Assembly (NCBI GenBank): GCA_013152545.1
Contig: JAADGF010000096.1
Coordinates: forward strand, 19,110 to 83,109
Length of the DNA stretch: 64,000 nt
From: Gammaproteobacteria bacterium
Lineage (GTDB): Bacteria > Pseudomonadota > Gammaproteobacteria > SZUA-152
Reading direction: 5' to 3'
The position numbers were made by a program, and so were the translations under genes. This document shows, one piece after another, positions 48,847-58,474 of the stretch (positions within the stretch are counted from its first letter, which is position 1; each line of letters starts with the position of its first letter). A model generated the notes under the pieces. The model did no database searches and had not been told where the DNA came from. It was given only the letters and a program-made list of their open reading frames with translations.

Positions 48847-50016
48847 ATGAAAGCGTTGAAATGGACCCTTATTGCCGGAGTTATCTTTGTTGCCGTCATA
48901 GCGACTGAATACACCGATGATCAAAGCAAGGCTGTTACAATCAATGACACCATGAGCCAAATCGGCCGTATTATGGAATCATTATTTCCACGCATCCTTA
49001 ACGCTGACAAGTTCAATGCAGTTGGCGCTAACAACGAAACAGCTGCCTCTGTTGAGAGGCTTGCTCAGTTATTTAAAGAGGCTGAACCTCATTTTTCTAC
49101 CCGGTCTCCAACCTACAAGGTATCATTTGATGTGATTAGTGATCAATTGGAAGAAGCGGGGGTTGCACTGAAACATAAAAATTTAAATCATGCTCGTAAT
49201 ATACTAAAAGAATTTGTTTCTATTTGTGCTTCTTGCCACACACAAGATACCAAAGCAAGAGTTTTATTCAAGAGTATGCAACGCTCACATTTCAAAAACG
49301 ATCTGGAATATGCCGAATTTAATTACATGACCCGTAACTACCCCGAGGCAGTTGTTTTTTATGACCAGTACTTACGTTCATCAACCCCCATTTCGGAAAC
49401 CGAATTATTAACCGCACTCAAACGTCTACTTACTATATATGCACAAATTTATAATCAACCTGGTGAAGGAGAAAAACAACTCGCAAAATACAGCAACCAT
49501 GCAGCACACACAAAGTTCAGTCAAAAAAGTCTTGAAGAATGGCGGCGGGGGTTGAAAGAACTGGATACGGAGAACGTATCCGTTATAAACAACGTTACTT
49601 TTGATATTATTGAAAAAAAGGTGCAAAAAGTGCTGGGGAACCTGGAAGAGCCTGGTTCTGCCGAGTTCCCGACAAAAAAAGAAAAAGTGGCACGGGTATG
49701 GTTAAGAGGCTTACTTTACCATTATTTAAATACTAATCCACCCAAACAGGAGATACCCGCTATTTTATATTGGCTTGGGATTATCGACCGCTCTATTAAT
49801 TACAGCTTTTATTATTCGTTGGCCGACTCATATTTAAAGGAATGCATGCTAAGGTATACCAGCTACCCCTATGCTAAAAAATGTTATCAGGAATACGAAC
49901 AGTATTTAATGTTCGCCTATTCGGGATCACGAGGTACCGATATACCACAAGACGTACAACAGGAACTGAATTATTTGAAAATTAAAGTTTATGATGCCAC
50001 GGAACCATCGGAATGA
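48847..50016 (+). CDS. Exported monoheme c-type cytochrome with helical/TPR-like C-terminal region
   Basis: N-terminal signal/anchor and a single CASCH at the end of a helical domain, followed by TPR-like helices. Confidence 0.75.
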   Translation: MKALKWTLIAGVIFVAVIATEYTDDQSKAVTINDTMSQIGRIMESLFPRILNADKFNAVGANNETAASVERLAQLFKEAEPHFSTRSPTYKVSFDVISDQLEEAGVALKHKNLNHARNILKEFVSICASCHTQDTKARVLFKSMQRSHFKNDLEYAEFNYMTRNYPEAVVFYDQYLRSSTPISETELLTALKRLLTIYAQIYNQPGEGEKQLAKYSNHAAHTKFSQKSLEEWRRGLKELDTENVSVINNVTFDIIEKKVQKVLGNLEEPGSAEFPTKKEKVARVWLRGLLYHYLNTNPPKQEIPAILYWLGIIDRSINYSFYYSLADSYLKECMLRYTSYPYAKKCYQEYEQYLMFAYSGSRGTDIPQDVQQELNYLKIKVYDATEPSE

Positions 50017-50088
50017 AACGGAATACAATCTCCAGGCTAACAGTCATTCAGTTTGTAGTAACTGAATATCGAAAAAAAAATAATCCAT

Positions 50089-50102
50089 TTGATATAAATC
50101 AA
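50089..50102 (+). promoter_or_regulatory. FNR/Anr box (perfect)
   Basis: TTGAT-ATAA-ATCAA with -10 TATAAC at 50125-50130, which places the box centre at -41.5. Confidence 0.85.
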
Positions 50103-50160
50103 AGAAAATCTCTTCGCTCATGCGTATAACTCAGAGTAAGGATTTTTAATTGCGATACTC

Positions 50161-50616
50161 ATGTTCGATATTCATTTCAGCAAACTAAACACCATGACAA
50201 CGAGACATACTTCTTCAGATAACGAAGACGCTCCTCTGGCCGGAAGTGGTCATTACGCAAAGCAAATTGTCTTTGAAATACGGCAGGGATTACAACGCTT
50301 ATTGCAATCAGGCGAAGAGCGCGTTATCGATTTCAATTGCCTTCCTTGCAATAATGAAGATGAAAAGCTGTTAAAGGAGTTTTTAGGCAACGGTGAGGTA
50401 AGTGCAACACTGAGAATATGTGGCACATGCAGTATTTGGGAAACGGATATTCACGGCGTATGGTGGGTGGTTCAAAAAAACAACTTAGGTGCAATAATAG
50501 CTAAAGCCTTGCACATTTCTTTTGTACCCAGCATTCTTATGGCGCAGCATGAAGATGTTGAATACAGTCTTCACGTACTGGAACGAAAAATTAAGTCTCG
50601 AGACATTTTTGCATAA
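50161..50616 (+). CDS. Hydrogenase expression/formation protein, HupH/HyaF C-terminal domain
   Basis: LGNGEVSA..SIWET..GVWWV..N..G..VPSILMAQHEDV pattern of the HupH_C family. Confidence 0.75.
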   Translation: MFDIHFSKLNTMTTRHTSSDNEDAPLAGSGHYAKQIVFEIRQGLQRLLQSGEERVIDFNCLPCNNEDEKLLKEFLGNGEVSATLRICGTCSIWETDIHGVWWVVQKNNLGAIIAKALHISFVPSILMAQHEDVEYSLHVLERKIKSRDIFA

Positions 50617-50918
50617 TGCATAATAAGGAGGCTGCTACACGCCATAATACCCATACGGTGAGGCTAAAATATTCTGAAAAACCGTGTAATTACTCAACTT
50701 GCCTTTGATTTGTCTGATTATTGTATTAAATAGTTGTGTTAAAAGTACTTGTTTAAATTCTGTGCCATTGGTGTTCGCAGTAGGTTCAATTGATGTACTA
50801 GGTTAAACGTCAATAGTGCTTACGTCGACGTATAAACCCTGCGGATTAAAATTGAATAGAGTACGGCGAAAACAAACAATTAAAAAACACATTTTACAGC
50901 CAGTAAGGAGGTACGATC

Positions 50919-51362
50919 ATGCACGACTACAAAAACATATTGATTGCAGTCGATTTATCCGCATCAGCAGAAGATGTGATTAAAAAAGCGAAAAATATAG
51001 CTGACATTAATAATACCAAATTAACACTTATTCATGCCATTGATTACATTCCTTACATTGGTTTTGGTGAAGGCGCGCTTATAACGCCAACTTATACCAT
51101 CCCCAATGAAGAATTAATTAAAAATGCTAAAAATACTATCGATAGGTTGTTAAATAAAATGCAATTGACACATCTTGATATTATTATTGAATTTGGTGCT
51201 GCAACAAACGAGATCGTAAGTTATGCCAATGAGCATAACGTTGATCTTATTGTGGTTGGCTCCCATGGTCGTCATGGTGTAAAACTACTCTTAGGCGCCA
51301 CCGCCAACGGTGTACTGCATCATGCACCATGTGATGTATTGGCGATTCGTATTACAGAGTAA
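50919..51362 (+). CDS. Universal stress protein (UspA family)
   Basis: YKNILIAVDLS, DLIVVGSHGRHG and LHHAPCDVLAI; SD AAGGAGG. Confidence 0.95.
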   Translation: MHDYKNILIAVDLSASAEDVIKKAKNIADINNTKLTLIHAIDYIPYIGFGEGALITPTYTIPNEELIKNAKNTIDRLLNKMQLTHLDIIIEFGAATNEIVSYANEHNVDLIVVGSHGRHGVKLLLGATANGVLHHAPCDVLAIRITE

Positions 51363-51451
51363 AACTAACGCCGTCCACGCCATCGCCTAAGACACCAACA
51401 ACACTTCTTAGCCCTCTCCAGCATTGTTGAACGCAATGCCTGGTAACGTCA

Positions 51452-51465
51452 TTGACATGAATCAA
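51452..51465 (+). promoter_or_regulatory. FNR/Anr box upstream of the exporter operon
   Basis: TTGAC-ATGA-ATCAA (1 mismatch) with -10 TAGACT at 51487-51492, giving class II spacing. Confidence 0.6.
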
Positions 51466-51631
51466 AAGCCTATCAGCACACTATGGTAGACTTTCAATGC
51501 AATAAGCTATTTAGAATAATGCCCAAGAATGATGGATCGCGAGGGGGGCTGTTTTAACCTTAATATACCTGATCATTATAAGTGAATAATTATTCCTTTT
51601 GAACAAAGCATAGTGGAAATCTGGTAAAAAT

Positions 51632-51672
51632 GGCTTGTTCGAAATAGCCTTATTATTCTCGAACAACTTCCA
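51632..51672. repeat. Collapsed family A element (two ends nearly abutting)
   Basis: TTGTTCGAAATA ... TATTCTCGAACAA inverted pair matching the family A terminal motif TGTTCGAGAATA. Confidence 0.5.
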
Positions 51673-51709
51673 TTCTAGTCAGTATGCTGTTTTAATCACA
51701 GTCAAATAA

Positions 51710-52897
51710 TTGGCGATCAACACCCCATTGTCGATGACAGCTATGTCCAAGCCATTGTATAAGATATTTTTTAGTGTGATTTTTCTGCTAATAATCGGTG
51801 GGTCGATCTGGGCTTTGTCTAAACCTAATCCCATCACAGTAACCGTTACAACCGTAACGTATGGTGATGTGGAAGCCACCGTTACCAATACCCGGGCAGG
51901 CTCTATCAAAGCCTGCCGTCGTGCTCGGCTGGCACCGCTCAATGGTGGACTCATCGATGTCATGCGGGTAACAGAAGGACAACGGGTTAGCGTGGGTGAA
52001 ATTCTGGTTAATCTATGGAACAAAAATATTGTCGCGGAGTTGGCGCTAGCAAAAAACGAAGCCGATGCGGCGCGGGCGCGAGCCGGGGAAACCTGTACCC
52101 GATATGATGTCGCTGAAAAAGAGGCCAGACGACAAAACAAACTATTGAAGCAAAAACTCACTTCCACAGAACAGGCAGAAGCCGCTGAAGGTAACGCCAA
52201 CGCTGCAAAAGCCGCCTGTGAAGCCACCAAAAGCTCAGCTAAAGTAGCGTTGTCAAAGATCGATGTGGTCAACGCTGCTTTAGAACGCACCATGGTACGT
52301 GCCCCTTTTGATGGCATAGTGGCTGAAGTTAATGGTGAGGTGGGAGAGTTTGTTACACCCTCGCCCGTTGGTGTAGCCACTTTACCGGTTGTAGATTTGA
52401 TTGACTCCCGCTGCATTTATGTTGCGGCACCCATTGATGAAGTCGATGCTCCAGCGGTCAAAGTGGGTATGTCGGCACGGGTCAGCCTCGACGCTTTTCC
52501 TAACCACCCATTTAGTGCAACCGTGCACCGTATTGCCCCCTATGTGCAAAACATTGAAAAGCAGGCACGTACTGTTGATGTTGAGGTTTATTTTACCCAC
52601 AGCATTGGTGAGCAGGGCCTATTGCCAGGCTATAGTGCAGATGCCGAAATTATTTTAAACAGTAAACAAAATGTGCTGCATTTACCCACTGAGGCCATCT
52701 TTAATGACAACCAAGTCTATGTCTATCACGACAACAACACCCTGAAAAAAAAGCAAATCAAAACAGGCATTGGTAATTGGGGGTTTACAGAAATCATTTC
52801 AGGCTTAACGGAAGGAGATCGTGTCGTCACCTCGATCGGTATCGAAGGATTAGCCGACGGTGTAACCGTGCAATTATCCCAGGACAAACAACCTTAA
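51710..52897 (+). CDS. Periplasmic adaptor (MacA/HlyD-like membrane fusion protein)
   Basis: N-terminal TM, lipoyl half motifs (VTEGQRV, VRAPFDGIV), a coiled hairpin and EIISGL. Confidence 0.92.
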   Translation: MAINTPLSMTAMSKPLYKIFFSVIFLLIIGGSIWALSKPNPITVTVTTVTYGDVEATVTNTRAGSIKACRRARLAPLNGGLIDVMRVTEGQRVSVGEILVNLWNKNIVAELALAKNEADAARARAGETCTRYDVAEKEARRQNKLLKQKLTSTEQAEAAEGNANAAKAACEATKSSAKVALSKIDVVNAALERTMVRAPFDGIVAEVNGEVGEFVTPSPVGVATLPVVDLIDSRCIYVAAPIDEVDAPAVKVGMSARVSLDAFPNHPFSATVHRIAPYVQNIEKQARTVDVEVYFTHSIGEQGLLPGYSADAEIILNSKQNVLHLPTEAIFNDNQVYVYHDNNTLKKKQIKTGIGNWGFTEIISGLTEGDRVVTSIGIEGLADGVTVQLSQDKQP

Positions 52898-52909
52898 TGA
52901 AACCCCGGC

Positions 52910-53578
52910 ATGATTGAGCTCCAAGCAATACAACGGGACTTCAATGTAGGCGACCAAACCATACATGCCCTGCAACAAATTAATCTGACAATAAGCCAGG
53001 GAGAATACGTTTCCATCATGGGGCCATCAGGGTCCGGAAAATCAACGCTGTTAAATGTTATTGGCTTACTCGATCGTCCAAGTTCCGGTACTTACACCCT
53101 GGATCAGGCGGAAATCACTGCACTCAGCGACGATGAACGAGCTGATATTCGTCAACACAAAATAGGATTCATTTTCCAGTTTTTCCAGTTACTACCGCGC
53201 TTAACCGCACAGGAAAATGTAGAACTTCCCATGTTGCTAGCAGGGACAGCACCTTTCGTACGACAGCAACGTGCCCGCAAGGTGCTGCAATCCCTTGATA
53301 TTCTGGATCGTGCCGGCCACCGACCCGACCAACTCTCCGGAGGACAACAACAGCGCGTTGCCATTGCCCGCGCCACAGTAATGCAACCCAAAGTCATTCT
53401 GGCAGATGAGCCAACGGGTAATCTGGACCGGCATTCCGGTCGCGAGGTAATACGTATACTGGAACGGCTCAATGGTGAAGGCATGAGTTTAATTGTGGTG
53501 ACCCATGACCCGGAGGTAGGGCAGCGCGCCAAACGGCATATTCGCATGATCGATGGTAAGATCACGCACAGTGACTAA
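52910..53578 (+). CDS. ABC ATP-binding protein (MacB/LolD-like)
   Basis: [26 protein letters not shown] and VTHD motifs. Confidence 0.94.
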   Translation: MIELQAIQRDFNVGDQTIHALQQINLTISQGEYVSIMGPSGSGKSTLLNVIGLLDRPSSGTYTLDQAEITALSDDERADIRQHKIGFIFQFFQLLPRLTAQENVELPMLLAGTAPFVRQQRARKVLQSLDILDRAGHRPDQLSGGQQQRVAIARATVMQPKVILADEPTGNLDRHSGREVIRILERLNGEGMSLIVVTHDPEVGQRAKRHIRMIDGKITHSD

Positions 53579-53663
53579 TAAAAAATGCATCATAAAATTT
53601 ATTCCTAAGTGACTGAAACATAAAGCTGAGATCAAGCTTGCTCAGTTATCCGTTAACATTGTT

Positions 53664-54872
53664 ATGCGATTTTCTGATATTATACGCTACACTTGGCATG
53701 CCCTCAGTCGTCACCGCTTACGCACGACGTTAATGCTTATCGCCATGATGATCGGCGTTGCCGCCATTATCGTGTTAACGTCCCTGGGAGAAGGGGCGCG
53801 ACGATATGTGTTGAATGAATTTTCCTCTCTGGGCACGAACCTGATTATTGTCATCCCCGGTAAAACAGAAACCACGGGCGGTGTACCGCCTATGTTTGTT
53901 GGCGAAACTCCACGCGATCTCACCACGGCGGATGCCAACGCTTTAAATCGTATTAGCAGCGTGAAACGTGTCGCCCCCGTCGTCGTGGGTTCCGCAGCGA
54001 TTTCATGGGATGGGCGTGAGCGGGAAACCGCCATATTTGGCTCCAGTCATTCCCTGTTGAAGTTACGGCACTGGACCTTGTCCATGGGGACATTTTTACC
54101 GGACACGGATTACGATCGGGCCAGCGCAGTTTGCATTATAGGCGCAACGATTCAGCGGGAATTGTTCGGTACAAGTAACCCCATTGGAAAATGGTTACGC
54201 ATTGGTGAGCATCGCTTTCGTGTCATCGGTGTGCTGGCTTCTAAAGGGCGCTCTATTGGAATCGATGTTCAGGAAATTGCCATCATACCGGTGGCCTCGG
54301 CACAGTCGCTGTTCAATACACCATCATTGTTTCGTATCCTGGTGGAGACCAGCAGCCGGGACACCATTCATTATGTACAAACACAAATTACACGCATCAT
54401 CGCCGCAAGACACCAGGGTGAAGAAGATGTCACTATTATCACTCAGGATGCCGTTCTTAGTACGTTTGACAAAATTCTAAGTGCACTGACGTATACGGTT
54501 GCAGGCATAGCGGCGATCAGTTTGGTTGTTGCTGGCATACTGATCATGAACATAATGTTAATCTCCGTATCTCAGCGCACAGCGGAAATTGGTTTATTAA
54601 AAGCTCTGGGAGCTACTCAGCATAAAATAACCTTGTTGTTTTTATCTGAGGCTATGATGTTATCAGTGCTGGGTGCGATACTTGGGTTGGCGACAGGTGC
54701 TTTGGCGAATGTGGTTCTTACCAACATTTACCCTGACTTTCCGGTTACAGCCCCCTTGTGGTCACTTATTGGTGCTGTAACGGTTGCCGTGCTAACCGGA
54801 TTGGTGTTTGGTGCCATGCCCGCAAAACGCGCTGCACAGCTCAACCCCATTGAGGCGCTAGCGCATAAATAA
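53664..54872 (+). CDS. ABC permease (MacB_PCD + FtsX)
   Basis: LTSLGEG, SQRTAEIGLLKALGA and PAKRAAQLNPIEAL. Confidence 0.93.
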   Translation: MRFSDIIRYTWHALSRHRLRTTLMLIAMMIGVAAIIVLTSLGEGARRYVLNEFSSLGTNLIIVIPGKTETTGGVPPMFVGETPRDLTTADANALNRISSVKRVAPVVVGSAAISWDGRERETAIFGSSHSLLKLRHWTLSMGTFLPDTDYDRASAVCIIGATIQRELFGTSNPIGKWLRIGEHRFRVIGVLASKGRSIGIDVQEIAIIPVASAQSLFNTPSLFRILVETSSRDTIHYVQTQITRIIAARHQGEEDVTIITQDAVLSTFDKILSALTYTVAGIAAISLVVAGILIMNIMLISVSQRTAEIGLLKALGATQHKITLLFLSEAMMLSVLGAILGLATGALANVVLTNIYPDFPVTAPLWSLIGAVTVAVLTGLVFGAMPAKRAAQLNPIEALAHK

Positions 54873-54890
54873 TTAACGTTTAGTAATGAA

Positions 54891-56096
54891 GTGATGCTGA
54901 AATTACGTGATTTTATACGGCTGATTGTTATGGCGATTTTTTGTCATCGCCTACGTGCTTTTTTAACCATGCTTTGTATTGCCATTGGCATTGCCGCAGT
55001 TGTATTGCTAACCTCCATCGGTGAAGGCATTCATCGTTTCGTTTTATCCGAGTTTACTCAGTTCGGCACCAACCTGATTGGCATTAATCCTGGTCGTGCC
55101 ACCACAGTGGGGGCATCGGTTGGGGTTTTTGGCGCCGAACGGCCATTAACAATCGATGATGCTGAAGCGCTAAAGCGCATCGCAAACGTCGAAGCGGTTA
55201 TTCCCATGGTACAGGGTAATGCTGAAATCAAAGCCTTTGGTAAAAGCCGCCGATCCACTGTTTATGGCGTGGGCGCTGAATTTCCAACCGTATTTACGTT
55301 TAATGTCAGTGCTGGGCGGTTTCTTCCTGATGACGACCCCCTCGCGCCACGTGCTTATGCCGTTTTGGGCTATACCTTAAAAAATGAATTATTTGGCACT
55401 AAATCCCCCCTGGGCCAGTATATTCGTATTGGCGGCAGCCGTTACCGGGTTATTGGTACACTGGAGTCCAAAGGGCAAGTGCTTGGTTTTGACCTTGACG
55501 ATGCGGTTTACATTCCGACCCAACGGAGCCTAGCAATGTTCAACCGTGACAGTGTGATGGAAATAGACTTACTTTATAAAGAAGGCGCAAACCAGCAACA
55601 GATCGTAGGTGCCATTGAAAAACTCATTATCGCTCGTCACGGAAAAATGGATGTCACCATTACCACACAACAGCAAATGCTGGAAATATTAGGTTCTATT
55701 CTCAATGTATTAACGTTTGCTGTGGGCGCATTGGGTGGGATCTCCTTGCTGGTAGGTGGCGTCGGCATTTTAACCATTACCACCATTGCAGTTCGTGAAC
55801 GTACCTCAGAGATTGGATTATATCGTGCGCTAGGCGCACGCCGTATCCAGATCCTTGCATTATTTTTAGGGGAAGCGGCTATACTATCCGGCTTGGGAGG
55901 CGTTATCGGCCTCGCCGTTGGCTTATTAGGAGGGCAGTTACTGCAGTTAATATTTCCCGCATTGCCAACACATTTTTCACTTTTTTTTACCTCATTATCG
56001 GTCATCCTTGCCATTATCATCGGCTTAATTGCCGGTGTACTACCTGCAATGCATGCCGCTCAGCTTGATCCTGTCACAGCGTTACGGGCTGAATAA
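54891..56096 (+). CDS. ABC permease (MacB_PCD + FtsX), second paralog
   Basis: LTSIGEG, RERTSEIGLYRALGA and PAMHAAQLDPVTAL. Confidence 0.93.
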   Translation: MMLKLRDFIRLIVMAIFCHRLRAFLTMLCIAIGIAAVVLLTSIGEGIHRFVLSEFTQFGTNLIGINPGRATTVGASVGVFGAERPLTIDDAEALKRIANVEAVIPMVQGNAEIKAFGKSRRSTVYGVGAEFPTVFTFNVSAGRFLPDDDPLAPRAYAVLGYTLKNELFGTKSPLGQYIRIGGSRYRVIGTLESKGQVLGFDLDDAVYIPTQRSLAMFNRDSVMEIDLLYKEGANQQQIVGAIEKLIIARHGKMDVTITTQQQMLEILGSILNVLTFAVGALGGISLLVGGVGILTITTIAVRERTSEIGLYRALGARRIQILALFLGEAAILSGLGGVIGLAVGLLGGQLLQLIFPALPTHFSLFFTSLSVILAIIIGLIAGVLPAMHAAQLDPVTALRAE

Positions 56097-56214
56097 GGGC
56101 TAGAAGCTTAAAATTGTCATTAGTTGGATATATGCCCTCTTGTGTATCTGGGACTGTGTGGGGGGGGCAGGCAACTGACATTCCTGCCACGACGATTACT
56201 TAGGAAAGATAATA

Positions 56215-57216
56215 ATGACTAAAAAAATGGAATACCCAATAAGTCTTGCTGAAGCTATAAAAGCAAAAAAATCTGTATACGCTCATTTAGTGCCAACACC
56301 GCTAACCCGGTATGAAGGTTTATCAAAATTGCTCAGTGCAAATGTTTATGTAAAGCATGAAAATCATAACCCAACAGGCACCTTTAAAATTAGAGGGGGC
56401 ATAAATTTAATGCGTCATCTAAAAGATGATGGCACGGAGGGTGTAGTTACTTTTTCTACAGGCAATCATGGCTTATCTGTGGCGGCTTCGGCTTCATGGT
56501 ACGGAATTAATGCAACAATAGTAGTCCCTGAAAACAGTAATGAATCAAAAAATAGAAAAATCCGTGATACAGGGGCAGAGCTAATTGAGGCAGGAAAAAC
56601 TTTTGATGAGGCTTCGAAGGTTGTTGAGAAAATAGTTAAAGAAAGAAACTTATATTATATACATCCAGCAAATGAGCCACACTTGATAAATGGTGTTGGA
56701 ACAGGGTTCCTAGAAATAATTGAAAAGCTACCCGATATTGATGCGTTAATTGTTCCAATAGGCGCAGGAAGTGAAGCTGCAGCGGCAATATCTGTTTTAA
56801 AATCTTTAAACCCAAGTATTAAGATATATGCTGTTCAAGCAGAGAACTCACCAGCCGCTTATTTGTCATGGAAAGCAGGGGTTATAACAACTGCTGACAA
56901 TACTACATTTGCTGGTGGTTTTGCTACAGGCGTTGGCTATGAGTCCCCATTTGAAATATATAAAGATAATTTGGAAGACTTTATTCTTCTCACCGAAGAA
57001 GAAATATATCAAGGGATTGCACTTGCAGGTTACTACACTCAAAACTTAGTTGAGGGTGCAGGAGGTTCAACCATTGCTGCAGCAATTAAGTTGAAAGAAA
57101 AGTTAAAAGGAGAAAAGGTAGTGTTGCAGTTTAGTGGTTGCAATGCCACCCCTCGTGAAATTGAAAAGGCCTATAGTTTGTCAAGCTTTAAAACTGGTTA
57201 TGTTCAAGTATTATAA
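56215..57216 (+). CDS. PLP-dependent threonine/serine dehydratase family protein (no regulatory domain)
   Basis: KHENHNPTGTFKIRG (PLP lysine), STGNHG, VPIGAG and EGAGG; AT-richer than the flanking operon. Confidence 0.88.
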   Translation: MTKKMEYPISLAEAIKAKKSVYAHLVPTPLTRYEGLSKLLSANVYVKHENHNPTGTFKIRGGINLMRHLKDDGTEGVVTFSTGNHGLSVAASASWYGINATIVVPENSNESKNRKIRDTGAELIEAGKTFDEASKVVEKIVKERNLYYIHPANEPHLINGVGTGFLEIIEKLPDIDALIVPIGAGSEAAAAISVLKSLNPSIKIYAVQAENSPAAYLSWKAGVITTADNTTFAGGFATGVGYESPFEIYKDNLEDFILLTEEEIYQGIALAGYYTQNLVEGAGGSTIAAAIKLKEKLKGEKVVLQFSGCNATPREIEKAYSLSSFKTGYVQVL

Positions 57217-57224
57217 TCTAACAG

Positions 57225-57239
57225 ATACCCATAGCGTTT
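57225..57239 (+). repeat. Solo end of MITE family B
   Basis: ATACCCATAGCGTTT, identical to the start of the 41688 copy. Confidence 0.6.
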
Positions 57240-57364
57240 ATTTGCGTATTTTTTGGATGGCGGTTAGAAGAAGACCCTGTAGCGGGGAAATTGCAAAAAA
57301 TAACAGTATCTGAATAAATCAATGGATAGTGGGTCGAACCTGAGATTTCAGCTATAATTCAGGC

Positions 57365-57546
57365 ATGACATGTTATGAAAAAGTGAGTTGCCTCAAGTGC
57401 AAGAACATCCAGGTTTTTAAGGCCGGGAAAAGTGCGAACAACACTCAACATTACCGGTGTGGTCATTCATGCTGCGAAACAAAATATTTTATGCTTGACT
57501 ACCGTTATAAAGCCTATGAGCCAAGTGTTATGAAGCAAGCCGTTGG
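57365..57546 (+). pseudogene. IS1-family InsA-like transposase N-terminal fragment
   Basis: CLKC..VFKAGKS..QHYRC..C..KYFMLDYRYKAY zinc-ribbon pattern. The IS-like sequence ends exactly where a family B MITE begins. Confidence 0.7.
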
Positions 57547-57732
57547 TATACCCAAAGCGTTTGGGGTTTCGGGTAAATTGCACACCCGGTTTCATTCATA
57601 GCGGCGTTGAAATTCCTTGCAATAGAACGACTATTTCGCGTCATTTCGTCTCGCCTAAAAGCGCTTGCCTTTGGTGTTATGAATAAAATATGACGCACAC
57701 TTTAGACCTAAATATCAAGCGCTATGGGTATA
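57547..57732 (-). mobile_element. MITE family B, full copy
   Basis: TATACCCAAAGCGTTTGGGG ... TCAAGCGCTATGGGTATA inverted ends; internal homology to 41688-41842. Confidence 0.83.
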
Positions 57733-58088
57733 TTTCAATTATACGACGCATTTGGTGATATGTTATTGTCTTTTGATCCTGATTGATCTCTTCACTTTGA
57801 TCACAAAACGTTAACAATGGCATTTTTGAATAGGAATAATCTATGCATTAAATTGTTTCGCTTGTGTGGTATTGATAGCGTTTACTGAACGACAGTTTTC
57901 CCCAGGCCATCTTTTTCAGATCGATGTCTTGATTAATTTAATCGATACAATCGAATGCTTGGTCGTGAAGTTTCCTCAGGTTGATTTCGTGCTGTTTTTA
58001 ATCATGGTAGTAAGGAGGTCGTTAGAATTATTTTGGCGACTTCCCATTTGTTTTAAGTGGAGCGCTGCTAACTAAAATAATTGCGTGG

Positions 58089-58122
58089 GTTTATAACGCT
58101 AGTTTATAACGCTAGTTTATAA
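58089..58122 (+). repeat. 13-bp tandem repeat
   Basis: GTTTATAACGCTA x2 plus a partial GTTTATAA. Confidence 0.75.
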
Positions 58123-58474
58123 TGTTAATGGGCTTCAGTATTAACGCGGGTTTTCTATTTTGTGATGTGTACCGGATAGATGACTGGTTTTTGGGGAGCT
58201 TATGGGGTAACGTTAAGTATTAATTTTGAATTTAGCGAAGTGAAGTCGAAGTTTGCTCTGATTTGCTCAGCCTAATTGTTGAGTTTAGGTAAGAGGTTGG
58301 CTTGCGCGGGGTTGGATATTATCGTAGCGCCTGTAATGTGGGTGATATACGTGCTAAATTCTCGACTTGAAAGCATTAAATGCTCAGGCTGGTCGTGAAA
58401 TTCATTAATTAGGGTTGTCCTGAGTGAGTTTTATGGGCATTAATTAAGTCCCAGGTGTAGGTAAAGTATTCTCG

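Noticed and set aside
50046-50067. Hairpin ATTCAGTT/AACTGAAT after the cytochrome gene
   Set aside because: Weak AT-rich stem followed by an A-run rather than a U-tract on the coding strand.
57866-58075. 69-aa ORF upstream of parA
   Set aside because: No SD or motif. The opposite strand shows only stop-interrupted fragments that I could not assign to any family.
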